A stretch of 64,000 bases of DNA from contig MHJY01000010.1 of assembly GCA_001818235.1 (NCBI GenBank), forward strand, positions 17,609-81,608. Reading direction: 5' to 3'. Below are positions 27,871-36,971 of this stretch, one piece after another. Every line of letters begins with the position of its first letter. The stretch's first letter is position 1. Both the position numbers and the translations under genes were made by a program. Source of the stretch: Candidatus Jacksonbacteria bacterium RIFOXYB2_FULL_44_15. GTDB lineage: Bacteria > Patescibacteriota > Patescibacteriia > UBA9629. The notes beneath the pieces were generated by a model. The model made no database searches. It was not told the origin of the DNA and was given only the letters and a program-made list of their open reading frames with translations.

Positions 27871-29856
27871 TTAATCCACCGTCAGCCCAGTAGCCGGTGA
27901 CGCAGCCGGCAAGCTGGCAGGTGGATTTAAAGTATTGTTGACGCTACCGTCGCCGGTCGCTACATCAGGATTAAGCGTGCTGTTACCAGTATCAGGGCTT
28001 TTGCCGACCAAACAAACCGCCTGCCAAGGACGATAGTGAGAATAAAAAGTCTCTTCTTTTTTAGTGCCATCAGCATAAACCACCGCGTAATCAAACTGCG
28101 TATCAGCCCCGTTATGGGCACTTTCGGTGCATTTAGTAATTCCAGGCGCGATATCCGTAGTCTCAATAAATTTTTTAGCTGGCGGCTTAGTAATATTATA
28201 TATTTTAGGATCAGAAATAGTCACTTGCCGTCCGTCTTTAGTCCCCCAAAATTCAAAAAATACTTCATTGCCTTTGATGGTAGTCTGAATAAGAATATGC
28301 GTACTCATGTTATTTCGAAAACGGCAATCCGGATGAGGCGGGTAGATAGTGCAATCTGTTCCGGCTGGCTCATAATAAACTACCCGGTAGCTATGGCTCC
28401 GGCGCTCGGTAATTTCCAAACCACTCTGCAAGGCGCCGCGAAAAAGAGTAGTGCCAATTTGGCATAACCCGCCACCGTATTCAGGTATGGTTCTGTTGCC
28501 CTTAATCACCAGCTCAGGCAAATAGCCGTTTTGGCCGTCGATTGCCCCCAAAGCCGCGGCTAAAGAAAATTCTTCGCCCGGCGGAACTAATAAACCATTT
28601 AATGCCGCCGCGCCAACCGCGATGTTGTGTCGCCTGTTAGCCGGACTGCCGGCAAAATTTGATTTGCCGATACCGACAATTTCTTTAATGCCCAAATCAT
28701 TTATTGATTCTGTCGAATATTTTGGCAAAACTTTTTCGGTAATAATCTCAATTGGTTCGTTAACTAAACTTTCGTCGAAAAAAAATTTGTTAGTTGCCTC
28801 CAAAGTTTGGGCATAGGAGATCTGCCTGCCTTCGCTGCTCGGTTTAAACTCAGATACTTTGCCGGAAGAAGTTAACTGAAATCGGGCTTCTTGAACCGGG
28901 AGCTCGACTGCTGGAGCAATATGTTCCTGTAAATAAGCAATCAACCCGTCGTTAAACGCCAGCATCCCGTCTGAAATTGACAGCCAGTCTTTATATTGAT
29001 TTTTGTTTATTAATAATGTCTCGGTAGCTGTCGTCGCTTCGGTTGAATCTGTATATTTAAAAAAGATGTCTGACCGACTGATAAACAACTGTTCCATCTC
29101 GGCCTTTTTACTGGAAAGCTCGGCTACTGTAACTTTAGGCAAATCTTTTTTGGCTGTCAAAGTTACTACGGGCATTGCTATCTCGCTTAGGGCGTTGCGC
29201 GTTTGTGCGATCGCCGCATCATAATCCGGCATTATTCCAGACTCCTCGGGAATAATCATTATTTTTAAATTATTGTCAATCTGCAATTTGGCATCATGAG
29301 CCGACATTTCTTGATCCTTAAAATTTTCCTGCAACGTTGCCTTAAACTTATCGTCATACAGTGTATACTGTAATAAAATTTTCCTGGGATTACGCAATAA
29401 TTCAATTTTTGATTTAAAATCCGGCCAAAAATCTCCGGTTCGCCCAATTTCCATTATGTTTTCTAAGGTAGCCTCAGTATTGACGCTAACGAGTTCGTAG
29501 GTCAAATCCGGATCAGTCGTCGCGACGACTTGAGGCCAAACCGTCACCTGCTGATTTTTATACGTAAACAACATGCCGTCGCTCTCCAAACTTCGTTTAT
29601 AATTATTTATTAACTCCGCTAACTCGGCGCGCTTTAGACCGCTGATTTTGTTGCGGCCAAGCATGATTCCCGCGTAAACGCGGCCCTGATATTTAATCTC
29701 GTATCCCCAGACTACCATCAAAAAACTAAATGAAGTAAACCAAATAATTAAAAAAAATACGGCTAGATAACGCAGCCGCTTCTTCCGGTTAGCTGTCACG
29801 ACACCAATCTCTTTTCGTTCAAAATTGTGCGCCAAAAAATTATTCTTGCGGGACAT
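27871..29856 (-). CDS. VanW-domain protein (PG-binding + VanW + G5-like)
   Basis: N-terminal TM; NRRHNI, PGEEFS, GGGLCQIGTTLF, ERRSHS. Confidence 0.9.
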   Translation of the reverse strand: MSRKNNFLAHNFERKEIGVVTANRKKRLRYLAVFFLIIWFTSFSFLMVVWGYEIKYQGRVYAGIMLGRNKISGLKRAELAELINNYKRSLESDGMLFTYKNQQVTVWPQVVATTDPDLTYELVSVNTEATLENIMEIGRTGDFWPDFKSKIELLRNPRKILLQYTLYDDKFKATLQENFKDQEMSAHDAKLQIDNNLKIMIIPEESGIMPDYDAAIAQTRNALSEIAMPVVTLTAKKDLPKVTVAELSSKKAEMEQLFISRSDIFFKYTDSTEATTATETLLINKNQYKDWLSISDGMLAFNDGLIAYLQEHIAPAVELPVQEARFQLTSSGKVSEFKPSSEGRQISYAQTLEATNKFFFDESLVNEPIEIITEKVLPKYSTESINDLGIKEIVGIGKSNFAGSPANRRHNIAVGAAALNGLLVPPGEEFSLAAALGAIDGQNGYLPELVIKGNRTIPEYGGGLCQIGTTLFRGALQSGLEITERRSHSYRVVYYEPAGTDCTIYPPHPDCRFRNNMSTHILIQTTIKGNEVFFEFWGTKDGRQVTISDPKIYNITKPPAKKFIETTDIAPGITKCTESAHNGADTQFDYAVVYADGTKKEETFYSHYRPWQAVCLVGKSPDTGNSTLNPDVATGDGSVNNTLNPPASLPAASPATGLTVD

Positions 29857-30067
29857 TGTTAAAAATCTCGTTTAATATTTTCTTGGCTAATACTTGCTGG
29901 TCTTGCGTCACTCCCTCTGCGTCTTTAATTTCGACAATAACAACATCACCTTCTTTTAACCCAGGCGGCAAATTCGCTGATTCCCAATGTAAAATTTGTC
30001 CGTTTTCTATAATGATCACTGCCTGCCCTCCCTCGATTCGGTCAATGACTGCTTTCTTAATGTACAT
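29840..30067 (-). CDS. DUF3006-family protein
   Basis: VIDRIEG..AV, LPPGLKEGDV. Confidence 0.8.
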   Translation of the reverse strand: MYIKKAVIDRIEGGQAVIIIENGQILHWESANLPPGLKEGDVVIVEIKDAEGVTQDQQVLAKKILNEIFNNVPQE

Positions 30068-30073
30068 AAATCA

Positions 30074-30592
30074 TCAACTGCTTTGATCAGTTACTTTAAT
30101 GTGAATTTTCTGCACCTGTTTGGCTTTGGGCAACCGGATGGTTAAAATCCCCTTTTTAAATTCCGCGACGGCGGCATCAGCTTGAATCTCCTGCGGTAAA
30201 ATAATGGAGCGAGAAAAAGAGCCCCAATAACATTCTTGATAAAAATAATTTTGCCGCTGGATCTCCTCTTCTTGTTTGCGAGTGCCGCGAATCGTAATCA
30301 TGTCGTTACTGATAGAGATATCTAAATTCTCCGAGTCAACCCCAGCCACTGCCGACTTAATAACAATCTCATCATCTGTCTGATAAACATCAACTGATAA
30401 TTGGCCATCATAATTTTGTCCAGCCCACTCTGTCATATCTTCACCGGCGGCCCCTCCAGCCCTTATTTTTTTACTCATTTCTTGTTCTGATTGATTAGGA
30501 GACTCTTCTGTTTGCACGCCAATAGTTTCCGTCTCTGGTTCGCTCGACTTTTTAATTCCCGTAATTTTAGCAAAAAAAGATCGACTGATCAT
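30074..30592 (-). CDS. Hsp20/alpha-crystallin small heat-shock protein
   Basis: VDVYQT, ECYWGSFSRSIILP, AEFKKGILTIRLPK. Confidence 0.93.
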   Translation of the reverse strand: MISRSFFAKITGIKKSSEPETETIGVQTEESPNQSEQEMSKKIRAGGAAGEDMTEWAGQNYDGQLSVDVYQTDDEIVIKSAVAGVDSENLDISISNDMITIRGTRKQEEEIQRQNYFYQECYWGSFSRSIILPQEIQADAAVAEFKKGILTIRLPKAKQVQKIHIKVTDQSS

Positions 30593-30765
30593 ATGGCCAA
30601 AAATTTTCGATTATCAATTTTTTAAAAAATCGAAATCAAAATGGTTATTCAGTGATTTGATATTAACAAAACTATTATATACTAAAATGTTTTTTTGGTC
30701 TACTCCCCGGATGTCGCTCGCGAGCGACATGGCCCATTGCAATTCATAAGCCAAATAATGATTCT

Positions 30766-31250
30766 AAAAAAAATAAGGGCACAACGGAAGCGCCCGGTTG
30801 AAAATTGTTTCACGGCGTCCAAATTGTGCCCTATGCTCTGATTTAGAGCACAGGGTACTACTTCTTCTACTCTTTTATAAGTAGCAAAAGTAATTTCCTT
30901 GAATTTGACTCTAAACCAGTTTATTCTTACCATTCCTAGGTGGACATTAAGCCGTTTTTTTATGCTTAAAGCCCCCAAACTAATTCTTCTTTTTTTATTT
31001 AATTTTTTTGTTTTTGTTTTGTCCTTTTTATTGATCCTCCTATGGAGCATAAGCTCCACTAAGAGGTTAGAGAATTATGGAACAGTTAAGAATCTAGATA
31101 CTTTAACAGTTTTATCTATCGCTAGATAATCCGACTGAACTCTTCGCTAAAGATAAATCTCCGCAAAGAGTTAATGTGGGCGTTAAAGCATCTAAACTCT
31201 CACTGTTCCTTACCTCGTAATATTTTCAAAGAACTTTCATATCTCTATTG
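30766..31250 (-). ncRNA. Novel structured ncRNA candidate A (about 480 nt)
   Basis: Promoter at 31256-31284; about 28-bp helix 31079-31107/31182-31209 whose plus-strand mismatches become G-U pairs only on the minus strand; terminator-like hairpin 30776-30832 followed by a U-run. Confidence 0.6.
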
Positions 31251-31255
31251 GTTAC

Positions 31256-31284
31256 ATTATATCATTCTTAGTTAGTGCGGTCAA
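31256..31284 (-). promoter_or_regulatory. Sigma70 promoter followed by boxA-like GTTCTTTGAAAA (31223-31234)
   Basis: TTGACC-17 nt-TATAAT. Confidence 0.75.
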
Positions 31285-31367
31285 TCGTCGAAGTTAAATA
31301 ATTGTGTTTCCATTTTATGCGTAATTAAAGCTAAAATTACTGTCAGTAAATAATAATTTTTTGACTC

Positions 31368-31437
31368 TGTTGATAACTATTTATTTGTTACTCACTATTT
31401 TTTCAAAATATATTAATTTATCCACAATTTATCCACA
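31368..31437. promoter_or_regulatory. DnaA-box cluster flanking an AT-rich tract
   Basis: Perfect TTATCCACA at 31418-31426 and 31429-31437; TGTTGATAA (1 mismatch) at 31368-31376. Confidence 0.6.
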
Positions 31438-31446
31438 ATAAAACTA

Positions 31447-31870
31447 AAAAGCACCTACCAAAAGGTGCCCTTTAGTCTCCTCCCCGATAACTCGAGGAGG
31501 AGTAAGAGGTGATACTGCCCACAAATCTCTGTAGCACTGCAGTTTTTAAGTGGATAACTTATCTACAGTACTACGACTGGACCAAACTAATCTAGCGTTA
31601 AACACTAATTAGTAGCCCAGCCATAATCTGTAGACAAGAGAATTACCCAAAGGCAATCCTAAGACGAATCCTAGGAAACCTCTGCCTTTCGCCCATTTTG
31701 ATAATCGTAATTACCCAAATAGGCGAAAGGTTCTAAACGTTACCGTATAAGAAAGATAATCCCCATGCTTGTCGTGCCTACAGAGACATAAAGCCGAAAT
31801 TATCGGAAAATCTTCATATCTCTGTAGACCTCTTATATCTTAATTAACAAACAACTTACTTAATTTAAAG
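31447..31870 (-). ncRNA. Novel structured ncRNA candidate B (about 420 nt)
   Basis: Closing helix 31503-10/31828-35; hairpins at 31778-31827, 31685-31730, 31658-31675 (UUCG loop), 31531-31574 and 31477-31502; terminator 31451-31468 followed by a U-run. Confidence 0.68.
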
Positions 31871-31877
31871 ACCCAGT

Positions 31878-31906
31878 ATCTTAGCACACAATAAAAAAAC
31901 TGTCAA
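31878..31906 (-). promoter_or_regulatory. Sigma70 promoter for ncRNA candidate B
   Basis: TTGACA-17 nt-TAAGAT with extended TG. Confidence 0.7.
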
Positions 31907-32008
31907 GGGCCGCCTTTGCTTTCTGATTTCTACGGTGTTACAATAAAAAAAGCTTAGCACTGTCTACAAAATAATACGCTAATTAAATATCAGATATTTC
32001 ACTAATTT

Positions 32009-33019
32009 ATGAAAAAATCAGAAAATTTAAATACAGCCCTGTCGCCGGATTTAGAACCTGAAGTCGAAATTACTTTACGTCCACAAAATCTGACTGAATT
32101 TGTTGGTCAAAATCAGATCAAAAAAAATCTTGCAATTTCGATTCAAGCCGCACAATATCGAAACGACTCTCTCGAACATATATTGCTTTATGGCCCGGCT
32201 GGGCTGGGAAAAACTACCCTTGCCCATATTATCGCCAAGGAGACTGGCAACTACATTCATGCCACTTCTGGCCCGGCAATCGCGAGAGCCGGCGATCTGG
32301 CGGCCTTATTAACTAACCTCCAAGCCGGCGAAATACTTTTTATTGACGAAATCCATCGACTTAACAAAACAATCGAGGAGATTTTATATCCAGCCATGGA
32401 AGACTATAAACTTGACCTGATCGTCGGCAAAGGACCCTCAGCCCGCACTCTTAAATTAGAATTGCCCCGTTTTACCTTAATTGGCGCAACCACCCGTTTA
32501 AGTTTACTGTCATCGCCTTTGCGCGATCGTTTTGGTTTTATCCATCGCCTAAAATTTTATAAAGATGAACATATTAAAGAAATAATTAACCGTTCCGCCA
32601 ATATCTTAAATATTGTGATTGATGATGAGGCCGCTTCTACTCTGGCCGCGCGGTCGCGTAAGACGCCCCGCATCGCTAACCGCCTGCTCAAACGAGTGCG
32701 TGATTTTTGCCAAGTTAAAGGAGACGGACAGATATCACCTGATCTCACCAACCAAACCTTAGAATTACTGGAAATTGACGAACTCGGCTTGGATGATATT
32801 GATCGCCGAATTCTAGAAATTATTATCGAGAAATTTAACGGAGGCCCAGTCGGATTAAGCACGATCGCCGCCGCAATCGGTGAAGAAGAAGAAACAATCG
32901 CCGAAATTTACGAACCGTATTTGATGCAAATCGGCTTTCTCGCTCGCACGCCGCGGGGTCGCCAAGTTACCGAATCCGCTTACCAACATCTGCACCTTAC
33001 GCCGGTAAAACTTTTTTAG
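32009..33019 (+). CDS. ruvB: Holliday junction branch migration helicase RuvB
   Basis: [46 protein letters not shown]. Confidence 0.97.
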   Translation: MKKSENLNTALSPDLEPEVEITLRPQNLTEFVGQNQIKKNLAISIQAAQYRNDSLEHILLYGPAGLGKTTLAHIIAKETGNYIHATSGPAIARAGDLAALLTNLQAGEILFIDEIHRLNKTIEEILYPAMEDYKLDLIVGKGPSARTLKLELPRFTLIGATTRLSLLSSPLRDRFGFIHRLKFYKDEHIKEIINRSANILNIVIDDEAASTLAARSRKTPRIANRLLKRVRDFCQVKGDGQISPDLTNQTLELLEIDELGLDDIDRRILEIIIEKFNGGPVGLSTIAAAIGEEEETIAEIYEPYLMQIGFLARTPRGRQVTESAYQHLHLTPVKLF

Positions 33020-33074
33020 TTATCTCCTCTAAATAAAAAAGGGATCCAAAAAATTCCCTTTTTTTATTTTATCC

Positions 33075-34019
33075 TTAGGCTTTATGGTATGCTTTAATAA
33101 ATCTAATAGTGCCGCTTTGAGAACGCATCATCACTGAATGCGTAGTTATAAAGTCATCACCATAAGTTACTCCTCCCAAAATCGGACTCGGAGAAACGCC
33201 GGTCGCAACCAGCAAAGCCGAGCCTTTTATTAAATCATTAAGCTCATATACTTTATTCAAATCAGCCATACCCCGATCTTTGGCCTGCTTCAAAAATTCG
33301 TCGTTATGAGGCTTTAGCATCGCCTGCATATCGCCACCTAACGATTTTATCCCGGCCGCTGTAATCACCGCCTCTGGCGCCCCGCCAATACCGATCATCA
33401 TATCTATCTCCCAGTCAGAGATGGCTGGCGCTAAACCATGAGCGACTGTCCCGTGCTCAAACAAAACTACCCTGGCCCCTAACCGCCGTACAACGGCAAT
33501 ATAATGCTGATTACGCTCTCGCTCCAAAATGGCAATCGTCATCTCGGACGGCTTTTTATGGCTGGCACGCGCAACCTTTTTAATGTTTTCCTCCAGCGGC
33601 GCTTGAATATCGATTAAACCACGCCCAACAGGACCGACGCTTAATTGGTCCATATATGTGCCAGGCGGAGCCAAAAGACTACCCTTGGGGCCGAAAGCTA
33701 TTACCGAGATTGCGCCAGCTTTCCCGGCCGCGGTTAAACTGGTACCCTCCAGCGGATCAACGGCAATGTCAAACTCCAGCGCGTCTTTGCCGGTAGCTCG
33801 GCCAACTTTCTCTCCGATATATAACATCGGAGCTTCGTCTTTTTCGCCTTCGCCAATCACTACCGTACCCCGAAAATCAATATCATTCAACCGCGCCCGC
33901 ATTGCCTCTACAGCCGCCTGGTCAGCTGAATTTTTATCGCCGCGACCCAGCCACTTGCTGGCGGCAATGGCCGCTGCCTCGGTAACTCGAACAAACTCTA
34001 AAGCCAAGTTGCGATCCAT
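33075..34019 (-). CDS. glpX: Class II fructose-1,6-bisphosphatase
   Basis: RVTEAAA, VIGEGEKDEAPML, AVDPLEGT, GIGGAPE. Confidence 0.95.
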   Translation of the reverse strand: MDRNLALEFVRVTEAAAIAASKWLGRGDKNSADQAAVEAMRARLNDIDFRGTVVIGEGEKDEAPMLYIGEKVGRATGKDALEFDIAVDPLEGTSLTAAGKAGAISVIAFGPKGSLLAPPGTYMDQLSVGPVGRGLIDIQAPLEENIKKVARASHKKPSEMTIAILERERNQHYIAVVRRLGARVVLFEHGTVAHGLAPAISDWEIDMMIGIGGAPEAVITAAGIKSLGGDMQAMLKPHNDEFLKQAKDRGMADLNKVYELNDLIKGSALLVATGVSPSPILGGVTYGDDFITTHSVMMRSQSGTIRFIKAYHKA

Positions 34020-34109
34020 ACGTTACTGAAAATCACGGTCAAAATTTCTAAAAAAATTAATGTTTTGACCCCGATTCTTTATTAAAACTTATGTGATTAA
34101 AGCTTTATC

Positions 34110-35417
34110 TCAGGCCTCTAAATATTTTAATACCGGAAATTCCTCGCCAGCCAATAATGCCAGTGATGCTCCTCCCCCGCTGGAAACATGACCGAATTGA
34201 TTTTCCAAATTAAATCGCGTCACTACGCCCTCAGTATCTCCGCCGCCGATAACCGAAAAACCTTTTGACGCCGCAACTGCTTCGGCGACTGTTTTCGTAC
34301 CCTGCGAAAAACTAAATTCTTCAAAATATCCCATCGGGCCATTCCAAAAAATAGTTCGCGCCCGTTTGACTATCTCGCCATATAAATAAGCGGTATAAGG
34401 ACCAATATCCAAAATCGCCTCATCCATGGCACATAACTCCTTCTGCCCGTTTATTTTCTCGATTCGCAGACTGCTATTATCGTAACCTCCCTGTTTTCTC
34501 TTTTTACCCACGATAATATCAACCGGCAACTGCACTTTGGTTAAAGCTACCGGCTCACCATCCGGCCATTGGCCAGGCGTTAATTCATGAGGCACAATTA
34601 ACCCGTTTGTTTTAGCAATCAATTCTTTCGCTACTTCGACCGGATCAACGCTGTTGCCTTTTGCCTGATCAACAAAAGAACTTTCCACTATAGAACCTCC
34701 AACCGCCAAACCATGCGCTTTAAAAAACGGATTCGCCAAAGCCCCACCTATTAAAACAATGGCCGCCCGATCCAAAACATTGCGAATCATCGCTATCTTA
34801 TCAGAAACTTTGGCGCCGCCTAAAATCAAGACAAACGGCTCCATCGGACCGGCTAAAATTTGGCCAAGCACTTTTACTTCTTTTTCCATCAAGAAACCGG
34901 CACAGCAACTGTCAGGGTGATATTCCAATATGCCTGTGGTAGAGGCGTGCACCCGATGGCTCTGGGCAAATGCATCATAAACCACAAATTCACCGGTCGC
35001 GGCCATCTGCTTAGCCAATGCAGGGTCAGCCTCATTTTCCCCTGCGTTAAAACGCGTATTTTCCAGCATTACAATTTCACCGGGTTTCATTTTGGAAACA
35101 ATTTTATCAACCTCCGGGCCAACGGTTTGATCAAGCTTTTGAACCTTTCGGCCTAACAACATAGACAACCTTTCCGCTACCGAGTCCATTTTGAATTGAT
35201 CATCCATTACTCCCACTTTTGGGCGTCCTAACCAGCTCAGCAACACCAAAGAACAACCTTGCGTTAATAGATAATTTATAGTGGGCAAAGAAGCGCGCAA
35301 ACGTTGGTCATCAGGAACAGTCCATTTATTGCCGACTAAAGCTAAGGTGACATCATAAGCCACCCGCAATAACACTCTTTTCCCTTTTAAATTAACTTGA
35401 TCTAGCGTGCGTAACAT
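34110..35417 (-). CDS. pgk: Phosphoglycerate kinase
   Basis: LLRV, LGRPK, LENTRF, GGAKVSDKI, WNGPMGYFE, GGGDT, SGGGASL. Confidence 0.93.
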   Translation of the reverse strand: MLRTLDQVNLKGKRVLLRVAYDVTLALVGNKWTVPDDQRLRASLPTINYLLTQGCSLVLLSWLGRPKVGVMDDQFKMDSVAERLSMLLGRKVQKLDQTVGPEVDKIVSKMKPGEIVMLENTRFNAGENEADPALAKQMAATGEFVVYDAFAQSHRVHASTTGILEYHPDSCCAGFLMEKEVKVLGQILAGPMEPFVLILGGAKVSDKIAMIRNVLDRAAIVLIGGALANPFFKAHGLAVGGSIVESSFVDQAKGNSVDPVEVAKELIAKTNGLIVPHELTPGQWPDGEPVALTKVQLPVDIIVGKKRKQGGYDNSSLRIEKINGQKELCAMDEAILDIGPYTAYLYGEIVKRARTIFWNGPMGYFEEFSFSQGTKTVAEAVAASKGFSVIGGGDTEGVVTRFNLENQFGHVSSGGGASLALLAGEEFPVLKYLEA

Positions 35418-35473
35418 TATACTAGAGGTCCGCTTCTGGCCGCGAAACTTTTATCCACGCCCAGTGGCGGTCG

Positions 35474-36025
35474 TTAAAATTCATGGCAAGGCAAATGAAA
35501 CAAACTGGCCAATTCGTTATTAAAAACTTTCCCGTGCATTATCATTAAAGCGTTGCGTAACACCTCATCCTCCACCAATGCCTTTAATCCCTTATCCGCC
35601 AGCTCCAATAAAAAAGGCAAAATAAAATTAGAAAACTCTACTCGTGATGTTCGCGGCCCAAAGCGCTTGGTTAAACCTTTGATCTGCGAATAATCAAAAA
35701 GCGATATCTTCTGGTCGATTATTTTACGAATTAAAGTTTCATTCTTTTTTAAAGAAATCTCGGTAAATAAAATTTTATCCTTGCCGCTCAAATTATCGAT
35801 CTCCGCCAAATCAGGACATGAGGTTTTAACAATCAGGTCTCCACGATCCAATAATTCTTCTTTGGTATTGATAATATAAGCGCCAATATTTAGATAAGGC
35901 CGCAATTCAGGCTTGGTGGCATCGCCCTCAATTAAAACAGTATGGCGATTCTGCACAAGCACGGATATTGATTGTGAAGTCATGTCCACTTCATGCCTTT
36001 GGCCTTGAAGAACGCTAATCGTCAT
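35474..36025 (-). CDS. Alanine dehydrogenase-like protein lacking the NAD-binding domain
   Basis: AlaDH N-terminal-like HTVLIEG..YLNIGA..DLIVK joined directly to the AlaDH C-terminal-like PRTS..N.ILPFLLELADKG. Confidence 0.6.
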   Translation of the reverse strand: MTISVLQGQRHEVDMTSQSISVLVQNRHTVLIEGDATKPELRPYLNIGAYIINTKEELLDRGDLIVKTSCPDLAEIDNLSGKDKILFTEISLKKNETLIRKIIDQKISLFDYSQIKGLTKRFGPRTSRVEFSNFILPFLLELADKGLKALVEDEVLRNALMIMHGKVFNNELASLFHLPCHEF

Positions 36026-36047
36026 AAATAAAAAACACCCAAGTTGA

Positions 36048-36893
36048 TCAAGCTAGCCTAGCTTTCAAAACTTGATCATAAACTTCGGGAGTTGAAATAT
36101 CATACCAACTGCCTTTTAGCAAATAGCCGAGCAATTTATATTTTTTTATTAATTTAGGCAAAATATCTTTTTCCAAACTGACGCTTTTATCCCTTGGCAA
36201 GTGAGAAAAAATCTTTCCTTTGAGCAAATATATACCAGCAGAAATCAAGTGCGACTGGGTCGCGTGGGGCTCGGGTTTCTCGATAAAATCTTTGATATAT
36301 TCACCTTCTAACTTTACTACTCCCCAAAATTCTGGGTTACGCACCGTCGTTAAGGCAACCACTCCCAAAACATCCCGATGCCCATAATAAAATCGGACCA
36401 TATCTTGATAATTTATATCCGCCAATACATCGCCATAGATTAAAAAAAAGGCCTCTTGAGGACCTAAATTGGGCTTCATGGTACGCAAAGCGCCGCCTGT
36501 TCCCAAATCGCTACGATTTTGCACACTATAAGTAATTCTGACTCCAAATTTACTCCCATTGCCAAAATAAGATTTAATCTTATCAGCTAAGTGCCCGACG
36601 GAAATATAAATGTCGCGAATATCGGATTCCCGTAACCCAATAATAATATGCTCCAATAAAGGACGCCCGCCGACCGGCAACATGGCTTTGGGCATCTCGT
36701 AAGTGAACGGGCGAAATTTAATCCCCTGGTCGGCTGCCAAAATAACCGCCTTGCTGACCGGCAGATTCAATTTGTAAGCCAACATGGATTCAATCGCATG
36801 CGAGCGATTCCTGATTCTCACACCGTCAATTTCCGCATCAAGAATCTCGATCAAATCTTTGCGTAAAGTGATGGTTAAACGTTTCCTCAGCAT
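36048..36893 (-). CDS. RHH (CopG-like) domain fused to an NTP-transferase-family domain
   Basis: RKRLTITL..DL...D..NRSHAIE; then KAVILA, PKAMLPVGGRP, LGTGGAL, YGDVL, EKP, WYDI. Confidence 0.8.
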   Translation of the reverse strand: MLRKRLTITLRKDLIEILDAEIDGVRIRNRSHAIESMLAYKLNLPVSKAVILAADQGIKFRPFTYEMPKAMLPVGGRPLLEHIIIGLRESDIRDIYISVGHLADKIKSYFGNGSKFGVRITYSVQNRSDLGTGGALRTMKPNLGPQEAFFLIYGDVLADINYQDMVRFYYGHRDVLGVVALTTVRNPEFWGVVKLEGEYIKDFIEKPEPHATQSHLISAGIYLLKGKIFSHLPRDKSVSLEKDILPKLIKKYKLLGYLLKGSWYDISTPEVYDQVLKARLA

Positions 36894-36900
36894 AAAAAAT

Positions 36901-36953
36901 AATGTATGACAATATCATATGTTATCATACATTATTCCAGCAACCGCTGTCAA
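36901..36953 (-). promoter_or_regulatory. Promoter with overlapping inverted-repeat operator
   Basis: TTGACA-18 nt-TATGAT; AATGTATGA-N15-TCATACATT at 36901-36933. Confidence 0.6.
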
Positions 36954-36971
36954 TTGTAATTGTACTAATAT

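Noticed and set aside
30700-31129. ORFs 30700-31059 (-) and 30899-31129 (+)
   Set aside because: Low-complexity translations of an A/T tract with no RBS or motif; they overlap strongly structured RNA
31447-31870. RNase P RNA, tmRNA or SRP RNA assignment
   Set aside because: The size is compatible with the first two, but the hallmark motifs (GAGGAAAGUCC, GGGG...UCCACCA ends, SRP GGAA domain) are not visible
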